From: an uncultured Candidatus Poseidoniales archaeon
GTDB taxonomy: Archaea > Thermoplasmatota > Poseidoniia > Poseidoniales > Thalassarchaeaceae
NCBI GenBank assembly: GCA_964343205.1
Contig: CAYFID010000003.1
Location: 1 to 46,580 of the forward strand
Direction: 5' to 3'
DNA length: 46,580 nt
Part shown: positions 27,346 to 35,925 of the stretch, in pieces
How positions within the stretch are numbered: the stretch's first letter is position 1
Layout: each line of letters opens with the position of its first letter
Notes under the pieces: generated by a model
The model's database searches: none
Told to the model about the DNA's origin: nothing
What the model saw: only the letters and a program-made list of their open reading frames with translations
Translations under genes and position numbers: made by a program

Positions 27346-28035
27346 ATGGTCAGCCTAGACGATGCTGTTCTAGCCCGCCTCGAGAAGGGGGGAAAAAGGT
27401 ACGAGATTCTTGTCGATCCGGATTTGGTTGACCGATGGAAAATTGCACCCGAGTCCGTACCAATGGACGATCTTCTTGCCATTGATGAGGTTTGGTCCGA
27501 CGCTAGGGCAGGCGAGAGGCCAACCAGTGAAGCATTGGAGAATATCTTCGGAACAACAGAGATTCTAGAATGCGCTTCTAGGATACTTAGAGAGGGCAAC
27601 ATTCAGTTAACTACAATGCAAAGAAGAAAAATGGTAGAGGAAAAGAAGAGGCAGATCGTAAATGAAATCGCTACCACGGCTACTGATCCGAAAACAAAGT
27701 TACCACATCCTAGGACTAGGATTGAGAACGCCCTGGAAGAGATAAGATTCCCAGTCGACCCATTCAAATCTACAGAAAGTCAGGTTGAGGACGCAGTTTC
27801 GGCTCTTAGACCCGTAATTCCACTCCAATTCATTACAGTAAGAATGGCCTTCAAGGTTCAGGGGAAGGACTATGGTGGAATTAGTCAAATGCTACGCCAT
27901 TCTATTCAGAAAGAAGAGTGGCTAAGCGATGGATCGTGGGTATGCGTAGTCTCTGTTCCTGGTGGCATGAAGAATGACCTAATTAGCAAGGTAGCCTCTA
28001 GGTCCCCAGACGTTGAAGTAAGGGAATTGGACTGA
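27346..28035 (+). CDS. Ribosome maturation protein SBDS/Sdo1
   Basis: MVSLDDAVLARL, EILVDP, QLT..QRR, DPKT..PHP..RIE. Confidence 0.95.
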   Translation: MVSLDDAVLARLEKGGKRYEILVDPDLVDRWKIAPESVPMDDLLAIDEVWSDARAGERPTSEALENIFGTTEILECASRILREGNIQLTTMQRRKMVEEKKRQIVNEIATTATDPKTKLPHPRTRIENALEEIRFPVDPFKSTESQVEDAVSALRPVIPLQFITVRMAFKVQGKDYGGISQMLRHSIQKEEWLSDGSWVCVVSVPGGMKNDLISKVASRSPDVEVRELD

Positions 28036-28097
28036 TTCACCAACTATTTCATACATCAACGGTTATGAACGGCAGTCCGGTCGCGCGGCTCGATAGC

Positions 28098-28763
28098 ATG
28101 AGCGAAAGTAATGGTGCGGCAGGGCCGCGAGGAGTTGGACGAGGGCAAACTGTCGTCGTACCCGGGGAGGACTTGGGTGAATCAGAGGGCAATGAGCCAG
28201 GGCATGGCGTAATCGCCATAGAAGGAAGGCTAAAGGCTGTAAAACAAGGAAGAATAAGTAACAAGGGTGGATCCGTTTCAGTCGAACCAATCCACACTAG
28301 GTATATCCCCCGCCCCGGGGATTTGGTAATAGGATATATTGAGGGGTGCACAAACAACCTGTGGTTCGTAGAATTGGGGGCACCATTCAATGCGATATTG
28401 CCCATGAGTCTTGGGCCCGGTAAGATCGAATTCGGCGGCACTAGGTCTGTAATGGACATCGGGGATGCGATTATCTGTCGAATACAAGAAGTTGAGGAAA
28501 CTCACTCAAGCGTAGCAACGATGAAAGGAATGGGACTCAGGAAGATTCGCTCTGGCGTTATTGAAGAAATCCACCCTCACTTACTAGGTAGGCTAATTGG
28601 GAAGGGCGGAGAATCAATTCGTAGACTGAAAGAGGATACTGAATGCCGCATCGTCGTGGCAGACAACGGTAGGATGTGGATCGATGGTGACTTAGGGGGA
28701 ATACTCGAGGTTAGGCAATATCTGATGTCACTGTCAGAATCCTCCCAAGGGGGTGGAAATTGA
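28098..28763 (+). CDS. rrp4: Exosome RNA-binding subunit Rrp4
   Basis: VVPGE, YIPRPGDLVIG (S1), RLIGKGG (KH), NGRMWI; start 28065 or 28098. Confidence 0.93.
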   Translation: MSESNGAAGPRGVGRGQTVVVPGEDLGESEGNEPGHGVIAIEGRLKAVKQGRISNKGGSVSVEPIHTRYIPRPGDLVIGYIEGCTNNLWFVELGAPFNAILPMSLGPGKIEFGGTRSVMDIGDAIICRIQEVEETHSSVATMKGMGLRKIRSGVIEEIHPHLLGRLIGKGGESIRRLKEDTECRIVVADNGRMWIDGDLGGILEVRQYLMSLSESSQGGGN

Positions 28764-29482
28764 TGGGCGGATACGGAGACATTCAGATGATTGACGAAAA
28801 CGGCCTCAGAATGGACGGAAGAGGGCCTGGAGATGTTAGAGAAATCTCGATAGAAACCGGGGTCGTTCCAGTTGCGGACGGCTCATGCAGGATGACTTGG
28901 GGGACAAATGAGGCAATTGTGGCCGTTTACGGTCCAATGGAGGCCCATCCCAGGAAGATCCAGAGACAAGACCGGGCAGTATTGGACGTTGCATACAACA
29001 TGGCACCCTTCTCCACTACAGATAGGATAAGGCCTGGATTTAACCGAAGGAGTAGGGAGATTAGCAAGGTAACGAAGGACGCACTGGAGAGCGTAGTACT
29101 TCTGGAGTTATATCCACGATCAAAGATCAGAATCAGCATCGAGATTGTTTCTGCCGAAGCTGGAACACGATGCGTGGGCCTTACCGCCGCCTCTGTCGCC
29201 CTAGCCGACGCCGGGATACCCATGACGGACATGGTCGTGAGTGTAGCTAGCGGCAAAATTCACGACGTTGTCGTGTGTGATCTGAACAAGGAAGAGGACA
29301 ACTACGGCGAGGCAGACCTACCGATGGGAATCCTACCGAACACAGGCGAGCATGTCTTCTTGCAGATGGACGGCGATCTCTCCCAAGAAGAATTCAAGCA
29401 AGCATGGCAGTACAACATGGATGCTGCCCAAGAAATTCACAAATTGATGGTTGAAGCATTGAAGGGAGGTGATTCCGAATGA
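28763..29482 (+). CDS. rrp41: Exosome catalytic subunit Rrp41
   Basis: RMDGR, ADGS, VYGP, YNMAPFST.DR, AGTR, DLNKEEDNYGEADLP. Confidence 0.96.
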   Translation: MGGYGDIQMIDENGLRMDGRGPGDVREISIETGVVPVADGSCRMTWGTNEAIVAVYGPMEAHPRKIQRQDRAVLDVAYNMAPFSTTDRIRPGFNRRSREISKVTKDALESVVLLELYPRSKIRISIEIVSAEAGTRCVGLTAASVALADAGIPMTDMVVSVASGKIHDVVVCDLNKEEDNYGEADLPMGILPNTGEHVFLQMDGDLSQEEFKQAWQYNMDAAQEIHKLMVEALKGGDSE

Positions 29483-30258
29483 CAATTCCCATAGTCCCAA
29501 ATCTGCTTAGGGCTCACCTTTCTGATTTAGCCGTAAACGATGCTAGGATTGACGGAAGAGATAGGTGGGAAGGTAGGAAACTGGATGTAGAACATACGGT
29601 TCTTCCACGAGCAGAGGGTTCTGCTAGGGTAAGGATGGGTGATACCATTGTTTTCGCAGGAGTCAAGTTTCAGCTAATGCAGCCCTACCCGGACCGTCCA
29701 AACCAGGGTGGCCTGATGTGTTCGGCCGAGGTGAGGCCGGTCGCAGGTAGGCACTGGGAATCTGGGCCTCCTAGTCCAGAGTCGATAGAGCTAGGCAGAG
29801 TTGTCGATCGCGGAATTAGGGAGTCTGGGTGCATAGATGTAGACTCACTTTGCATAATTCCTGGGGAGAAGGCATGGCAGGTTATCCTAGATTTGTTCGC
29901 AATATCAGACGATGGTAATTTATTCGATGCCTTTGCTCTTGCAGGAATTGTCGCACTTCGAAATGCCATCGTCCCTGCCGAGAGATTCGAGGTTGGTGAC
30001 GACTACCCGTTAGAACTTTCCAAGACCCCCATAATGTGCTCATATCACAAGGTCGGGGGTCGATTCGTGTATGATGCGAGCTCAAGAGAAGAATTGGGTG
30101 GAGATGAGAGAATCCACATCACTTTGGGAGACAACGATAACGTCCACTCCCTTCAGAAGGGTCTAAAGGGAATTTTCTCGACGGAAGAATTCGTTGAAAT
30201 AATGGAAAATGCCCAGAAAAGGACTAAGGAATTAAGGAAAATAGTAGATTCACTGTAG
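29479..30258 (+). CDS. rrp42: Exosome subunit Rrp42
   Basis: RIDGR, AEGSARV, PYPDRP.QG, ELGRVVDRGIRES, DGNLFDA; SD GGAGGTGA. Confidence 0.96.
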   Translation: MTIPIVPNLLRAHLSDLAVNDARIDGRDRWEGRKLDVEHTVLPRAEGSARVRMGDTIVFAGVKFQLMQPYPDRPNQGGLMCSAEVRPVAGRHWESGPPSPESIELGRVVDRGIRESGCIDVDSLCIIPGEKAWQVILDLFAISDDGNLFDAFALAGIVALRNAIVPAERFEVGDDYPLELSKTPIMCSYHKVGGRFVYDASSREELGGDERIHITLGDNDNVHSLQKGLKGIFSTEEFVEIMENAQKRTKELRKIVDSL

Positions 30259-30266
30259 GTGCAATT

Positions 30267-30635
30267 ATGGCAAAGAGAACTCAGAAAGCAGGAGCTACTG
30301 CTCGTTTCGGACCTAGGTACGGAGTTAGTGTACGGAGGAGGGCTGGCTCAGCAATTGCGAAGAAGTCTAGGAATTACACATGTCCAAGTTGCCATTATGT
30401 GAAAGTGCGGAGGAGGGCTGCTGGCATCTGGGAATGTAGAAAGTGCAATCACACATTCTCAGGTGGGTTTTGGGAGCCTTACACAAGGGCTAGCGACGCA
30501 AATAAGAGGATTGTAAGGAGATCGATGGAAGGAGCAACGGCTACAGATATGACCGTCATCGCTCAACAGGCTGCACTAGAGTACGAGAGGAAACTCTCCG
30601 AGAGAGATTCAGATGAAGGATCAGAAGAGGAATGA
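30267..30635 (+). CDS. rpl37ae: 50S ribosomal protein L37ae (eL43) with C-terminal extension
   Basis: RFGPRYG, CPSC...GIWECRKC, FSGG. Confidence 0.95.
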   Translation: MAKRTQKAGATARFGPRYGVSVRRRAGSAIAKKSRNYTCPSCHYVKVRRRAAGIWECRKCNHTFSGGFWEPYTRASDANKRIVRRSMEGATATDMTVIAQQAALEYERKLSERDSDEGSEEE

Positions 30636-30855
30636 GACCCTAGAACTCATCTTAGCGATAGAGCATAGCGAATCTGCTAACCTGTCCTCATCTATCGTTA
30701 CCGAGGCCGACTTCAAATACACAGACGGGAGGATATCCATTTCCATAACTTCTGATTCATTCAGCGATATGAGGGCAAGATGGAACTCTTTAATGAGAGC
30801 ATTGGTTGCCTCAGAGCAATCAATAGATGCCACTAACGGGGGTGAAAAGTATTAG
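30613..30855 (+). CDS. pcc1: KEOPS subunit Pcc1-like protein
   Basis: ISITSDS..DMRA.WNSLMR resembles Pcc1; conserved position between rpl37ae and prefoldin beta. Confidence 0.7.
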   Translation: MKDQKRNETLELILAIEHSESANLSSSIVTEADFKYTDGRISISITSDSFSDMRARWNSLMRALVASEQSIDATNGGEKY

Positions 30856-31171
30856 CGAACAAGTTTCAGCTGAGGAAATCCAGTCACTTGCAAGGGACCT
30901 ACAACTCTTGAGGGGCCAGATTCAGACGGTATCTTCCCAGGCGTCCGAATATTCGATAACAATTGAAGCACTCAGTAATCAGGACCCCAGTAGACCAATC
31001 TTCCGCTCTCTAGGCAACCTCCTGCTGGAGGTTGATGATAGGGATTTACTAGAATCGGAATTGAAGGGTGCCAAGGAAGCACTGGATGACCACCTCGGGC
31101 GCTTAATCGAGAGAGAAGAAAACCTCCGAGAACAGTATGAAAAAAAGGCGAATCAGTTCGAGAACGGGTGA
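30851..31171 (+). CDS. pfdB: Prefoldin beta subunit
   Basis: Coiled coil-IFRSLGNLLLE-coiled coil; superoperon position; start uncertain (ATG 30827 or ATT 30851). Confidence 0.85.
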   Translation: MSEQVSAEEIQSLARDLQLLRGQIQTVSSQASEYSITIEALSNQDPSRPIFRSLGNLLLEVDDRDLLESELKGAKEALDDHLGRLIEREENLREQYEKKANQFENG

Positions 31172-31178
31172 TTCGATA

Positions 31179-32009
31179 GTGGAAGAACCTAAAGCAGGGT
31201 CTGAGGATATATCTGTGGACTCCATCCTATTCAGAAGCCTACTCTCAGAGGGCAAAAAAGAGCAAGCTCTCGAAGTAAGTAAGTCAATCCTTGAGCGGTC
31301 CAGAGTACTAAGTGACAGGCATTTCGAGACCGAGGCATGGATAAGGATGGAGAGGGCACTCCTTGGTGCCTGCAAACACGAAGAGGTTGGGGCCGAACTA
31401 AGTTGGTGCGTCGATCGGCTATCATCGACATCTCCTGGATCAGCACTACACGGCCTAGCACTACTGAACCTAGCATCGTGGCACATTAACTCTGACGAGG
31501 TAATTATGGCTCTGGTTACTCTATCTGATATCTCCTCATCCCGGGGACACCCAAACGACGTCATAGGCCTAGCAAGGCTGGAATCGGGAAGGATTCTGGC
31601 TACCATTGGGGACTTGGATCCTGCTATGCGTCATTTATGGATGGCCATGAAGAGGCTTTCTTCCGAGGAAATGAAAACAGAAGCCATGGTTTGTGCAATG
31701 GAGTGGCTTGATCTCGCTTTAGACAAAGTAGACACATCATCGGCACGTATGGAAGAGAGGATCTCCAATGCCCGGCCTAGGGAGAAGCCGGACATGACAT
31801 CTTCTCCGTCAAATCCCGACGACATAAGAGAAGCCGTGGAACTCATACTATCAATATCTCTAAACGACTTATCTGGTGATATCAGGGACGATTTGGGCCT
31901 TGTTTTAGATGCCAGTGAAATAATCGGCGATACTTCATGGAGGGACTCATTGGCATCCAGAATCGGTGAGATTCAGGATTCGAGACTAATCGATTTGCTC
32001 CAATCGTGA
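31179..32009 (+). CDS. Alpha-helical (TPR-like) hypothetical protein
   Basis: Helical-repeat pattern (ARLESGRILATIGDLDPAMRHL); GGGTGA SD before GTG 31179. Confidence 0.65.
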   Translation: MEEPKAGSEDISVDSILFRSLLSEGKKEQALEVSKSILERSRVLSDRHFETEAWIRMERALLGACKHEEVGAELSWCVDRLSSTSPGSALHGLALLNLASWHINSDEVIMALVTLSDISSSRGHPNDVIGLARLESGRILATIGDLDPAMRHLWMAMKRLSSEEMKTEAMVCAMEWLDLALDKVDTSSARMEERISNARPREKPDMTSSPSNPDDIREAVELILSISLNDLSGDIRDDLGLVLDASEIIGDTSWRDSLASRIGEIQDSRLIDLLQS

Positions 32010-32371
32010 GCTCTTATTCTCTCTAGTTCTCCATCCTCCCAAGCAGTATTCTCAGGTGGCATTAGACACCAACCGACTTCCTCTATCGAATCGTCTTTCG
32101 AAGCCCATGGATCAGGTGATGGCTCGCCGAGGACATGCACTAGAACCACGCACCCCCCATCAATCAGACTCTTGTCTATTGCCTTAGCAATTCCTAGTTT
32201 TCCTGTTTCCTCGTACAACTCCCTTAGCGCAGCTTCGTCCTCTCCCTCCCCATGCATGACTCCTCCTCCCGGGAGCTCCCAGCCCCTCCGAGAATGCCTA
32301 ACCATTATCCAACAATCCTCTTCCCATTCCTCGGGAATTGCCCATACTACAACAAACCCTAGACTAGACAT
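31973..32371 (-). CDS. NUDIX hydrolase
   Basis: WELPGG..MHGE..DEAALRELYEETG Nudix box; GGGTGA SD before ATG 32371. Confidence 0.9.
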   Translation of the reverse strand: MSSLGFVVVWAIPEEWEEDCWIMVRHSRRGWELPGGGVMHGEGEDEAALRELYEETGKLGIAKAIDKSLIDGGCVVLVHVLGEPSPDPWASKDDSIEEVGWCLMPPENTAWEDGELERIRAHDWSKSISLES

Positions 32372-33341
32372 CCAACTCACCCAGCAATAGGCTCACTAAT
32401 TCTGCTGCACCATCTTCTCCTTCAGCCGCCATCCTTCTTGCCAAAAAGAATGCCTCCGCAACATTTCCCGAATTCCTAAGTTGTAAGACTTCGGACAACG
32501 GATCATTATCGGAATCGAAAGACCCTCGAGCCGTACTAACCCCGGGCTTTGCAGTTGAAATCCCTCTTAGACGTTCTAGGAAATCCGCTCTATCAGAAAT
32601 CGGAGGAGCCTTCCAAGGAGCACCAGTATTTCCGTCAAATTGATCGGACATCCGTTCTCTGAACCTATCCCTCACAGATGACTCGGGGAACACAGTTTGC
32701 GACTGGTCGTAGCAGAGCCATGCCTCATCATACTGGCCCCTTCTCTCGTACATTCTCCCTAACTCCTCCCATGCCTCATGGTTTTTCGGCCTGTGGGCAA
32801 GTAAGTATCTTGACAACTCGAGAAATAGGTCTTCATGCCCGGCTCTCCTGACTCTCTCTATCCTCCTAGAGAATAGAATATTAGCACGTTGGTCCGACAT
32901 ATCAAGGCTCTTTAGCCGATTCGAGAAATCGAGCAATTGAACATCATTTTCACCAATTAATCTCCACCATACTTCTGGATCTAGGGGGTCAGCAGATATT
33001 GCAGCGTGCAACAATTTTTCGCATGAATCAATAATTTTCAATTCATTCAACTGAGACATCAGTGCTGGATCTCTACCCAACACCGTGAATAGGTCCTCTA
33101 GGACTGCCTTTGCCCCCTCAGCATCGTCCAGCATCACTTTGGTCTTAATCAGAACTTTCCAATTTTCCTCATTCGTGAAGTCGTAAAGTACGCTTTGCCT
33201 AGCATTCTGCTCAGCCCACGATAGATTCGTCTGATCATTATTCGCAATCTTTAGGAATTTCTCAGCTTGGCTCCTATACCTGTTCCCTAGACTTCTCCTA
33301 GGGTGCTGAAGAGTCTCGGAAAGTCCTACATCTTCTCCCAT
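32364..33341 (-). CDS. TPR-containing hypothetical protein
   Basis: PKNHEAWEELGRMYERRGQYDEAWLCYDQS TPR motif. Confidence 0.75.
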   Translation of the reverse strand: MGEDVGLSETLQHPRRSLGNRYRSQAEKFLKIANNDQTNLSWAEQNARQSVLYDFTNEENWKVLIKTKVMLDDAEGAKAVLEDLFTVLGRDPALMSQLNELKIIDSCEKLLHAAISADPLDPEVWWRLIGENDVQLLDFSNRLKSLDMSDQRANILFSRRIERVRRAGHEDLFLELSRYLLAHRPKNHEAWEELGRMYERRGQYDEAWLCYDQSQTVFPESSVRDRFRERMSDQFDGNTGAPWKAPPISDRADFLERLRGISTAKPGVSTARGSFDSDNDPLSEVLQLRNSGNVAEAFFLARRMAAEGEDGAAELVSLLLGELDV

Positions 33342-33350
33342 TTGGATAAC

Positions 33351-34622
33351 TCACAGAACTGACTCGAATGGAGATCTGTCGATACCAGGATCAATGGTGG
33401 CATCCATCCCAATCTTACTGGTAGTACCATCATTGGATCTACTTGGATCGAGGCTTGATCCCTTTTGCTTAGAGAGGATTATTGTGTCCTTATCGGGCTG
33501 CCAACGAGTCATGAGAGCCCACTCTACTCGTGCTGAGTTTGAAACGTCAATGTCCTCGTCCACGACTATTACTTGTTTCATTGATTTGTGACCATCGAGA
33601 GCGGCTTTTATTGCCTTCTTTCCATCACCCACCATTTTCGGAACTATTTGTACTACGGACGATAGCCACCCACTGCCTCCTTCGGTTAGGTAAACGTCAG
33701 TACACTCCACAACCTTGGAAACAGCTGTTTTGATAGTAGGTGCTCTCGGCATTCCCATCAATGTCATGTGCTCAACACCGGCAGGAATCAGCGCGTGGAA
33801 AATCGGCGAATCTCTGTGGTGAATTGAGTCGTACTCAATTACTGGTTCGTGTCTGACGTCATCAACAGTACCTGTGATGTCGACATAAGGCCCCTCTTCA
33901 TCGGTCATGTTCGTGATTCGTGCCTCCATGACGTATTCTGCGTCTGCAGGGGCAATAACCCCGTTCGGAAGCTCTATTACCTCGAATTTTGAACCGTATA
34001 GCCTTTCGTGGAGGGCAGCAGCAACACTCAACTCATCTAATGGATCATTGAATGACATAGCACCCGCCAATAGGACAATTGGATCGGGTCCATTGACGAC
34101 AGCGATGTCGACTTCTTCCTCTGTTTTCTTAGCCAATTCCACCATAGTCCTGAGATGTCGAGGCACTATTCTCACACTAGTGGATTTTTCACTCTTGATT
34201 AGCTGTCTGTGGAAAGAAGTGTTCCTCAGGCCCTCGTGCTGGGCAATTATGATAGATGCTGACTGGTACCTGCCCCCATCCTCCTTGTAGTGCCACGGTA
34301 CAGGAAGAGCCCGGATATTGACTTCATCCATTTTGTTTTGCATAACTGGGGCCTCTGACCTATCCACAATCAAAGGATCAGCTGGATTCTCCATGGCCCA
34401 GGCAAGGATGTCAATCAATTCTCCCGGTCCTACGCCGAATGATTCACAGAGTCTATTTCGAGTGAGGATATTGATGGCTACTCTGTGGCCCGGGGACTCC
34501 TTTACATTGTTGAATAGCATAGGTCTGTTATCGTTTGCAATAGATAAATCCCTAATTTCGAAATCGGTGCTAACAGGACTATCAATCACCTGGCTTCCTT
34601 CGATGAGATCCCTGAATCCCAT
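33351..34622 (-). CDS. UbiD-family decarboxylase, probable anhydromevalonate-phosphate decarboxylase
   Basis: DGGRY, SFHR, PRHL, EGPYVDITGT, GG.GWL..VVQI, VVDEDID, GSSLDPS, K.GMDAT; likely ATG 34622. Confidence 0.85.
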   Translation of the reverse strand: MGFRDLIEGSQVIDSPVSTDFEIRDLSIANDNRPMLFNNVKESPGHRVAINILTRNRLCESFGVGPGELIDILAWAMENPADPLIVDRSEAPVMQNKMDEVNIRALPVPWHYKEDGGRYQSASIIIAQHEGLRNTSFHRQLIKSEKSTSVRIVPRHLRTMVELAKKTEEEVDIAVVNGPDPIVLLAGAMSFNDPLDELSVAAALHERLYGSKFEVIELPNGVIAPADAEYVMEARITNMTDEEGPYVDITGTVDDVRHEPVIEYDSIHHRDSPIFHALIPAGVEHMTLMGMPRAPTIKTAVSKVVECTDVYLTEGGSGWLSSVVQIVPKMVGDGKKAIKAALDGHKSMKQVIVVDEDIDVSNSARVEWALMTRWQPDKDTIILSKQKGSSLDPSRSNDGTTSKIGMDATIDPGIDRSPFESVL

Positions 34623-34756
34623 GTCCCGTGGCACAAACTTAGCTGCTTCAATGTTGGCTCCCAATACCCGTCTTGGAAGCGAAACTCATCGGATTTCCTC
34701 CCGTCAGTCTCATAAACGGGCGGCAGGTCGCCGAGCCGTCATTTTGAGGTGCACAC

Positions 34757-35197
34757 TTGGGACGAGGCCTTTTCTCTGGTTCGAAGATGAAGTCCGATCG
34801 TAAGAAATACCGATGGAAGGAAAGACAATTCAGAAACAGACAGGCTAAGAGAAAGCACGGGGGTGTTCTCAAGCACGACCCCCTAAGAGGGAGCCCTCAA
34901 GCCAGTGGAATAGTGATTGAAAAGGTTGGATTCGAAGCAAAACAACCCAACTCCGCCATTAGGAAGGCAGTCAAGATAAGCCTAATTAGAACCGGCAACC
35001 GGCTGACTGCCTTTGCCCCTGGAGACGGGGCTATTTCGTTTATCGACGAACATGACGAAGTGATGGTCGAGGGAATCGGGGGTAGCAAGGGCAGATCATA
35101 CGGTGACCTTCCAGGTGTTAGGTACAAGGTAATCAAGGTCAATGGCGTCTCTCTTGACGAAATGGTTAGAGGACGAAAGGAAAAGCCTGTTCGGTAG
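34757..35197 (+). CDS. rps12: 30S ribosomal protein S12 (uS12)
   Basis: [28 protein letters not shown]; TTG start after GAGGTG. Confidence 0.98.
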   Translation: MGRGLFSGSKMKSDRKKYRWKERQFRNRQAKRKHGGVLKHDPLRGSPQASGIVIEKVGFEAKQPNSAIRKAVKISLIRTGNRLTAFAPGDGAISFIDEHDEVMVEGIGGSKGRSYGDLPGVRYKVIKVNGVSLDEMVRGRKEKPVR

Positions 35198-35206
35198 GGT
35201 GAAATT

Positions 35207-35833
35207 ATGGAAGAATCAAACGATACCTCCGAAGAATCTGTTGAAACCCCCGAAGCCCCGATTGCGGGGATCGGGACAATGGTGTTCGAGAAGTGGGATG
35301 CTAGCGAGGTTGTGTGCAGTGATCCCGGGATTTCCAGGTATGTGAACTTGAAGATGATTGGAGCCCCTCACACAGGAGGGAGGCACGCAAACGCATGGTT
35401 CGGGAAGCAGGACTTGTCAGTCACAGAGAGGTTCATCAACAATCTAATGAGGTCTGGAAAATACAGCGGAAAGAAGCAGTATTGCGCCAAGTCTCTGGAA
35501 GAGGCCTTCGACAAGATAAACGCAAAGAGTGGTGAAAATCCATTACAGAAATTTATCGATGCGATTACCGAAGCAGCCCCTTGCGAGGAGACAACACGGG
35601 TGAGAATCGGCGCAGTTAGCCAGCCTAAGGCTGTGGATTCCTCCCCCAGCAGAAGGCTCGACGTAGCCCTTAGAAATCTAGCAATTGGTTCCGCATCAGC
35701 AACGATGAAGAGTAAGAAGTCACTAACAGAGGGGATTATCTCAGAGATTTCCAAGGCTGCAGAGGGGGATGTCAACTCGTTCGCTGTCGGTAAGAGGCAC
35801 GAGGTAGAGAGAATCGCCGCATCTGCTCGATGA
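35207..35833 (+). CDS. rps7: 30S ribosomal protein S7 (uS7)
   Basis: PHTGGRHA, ERFINNLM, ENPLQ, AVDSSPSRRLD, ERIAASAR. Confidence 0.97.
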   Translation: MEESNDTSEESVETPEAPIAGIGTMVFEKWDASEVVCSDPGISRYVNLKMIGAPHTGGRHANAWFGKQDLSVTERFINNLMRSGKYSGKKQYCAKSLEEAFDKINAKSGENPLQKFIDAITEAAPCEETTRVRIGAVSQPKAVDSSPSRRLDVALRNLAIGSASATMKSKKSLTEGIISEISKAAEGDVNSFAVGKRHEVERIAASAR

Positions 35834-35925
35834 GTCCCGTTAGCCATTCTTCGACCGTCTTATCCATCCCTTCTCAATCGTCTTTATGAACCGTTTTCAG
35901 GTCGGCAAAATATCAGGGTGATAAG

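Noticed and set aside
26597-31171. Proteasome-exosome-prefoldin cluster as a novel system
   Set aside because: This is the well-known conserved archaeal exosome superoperon.
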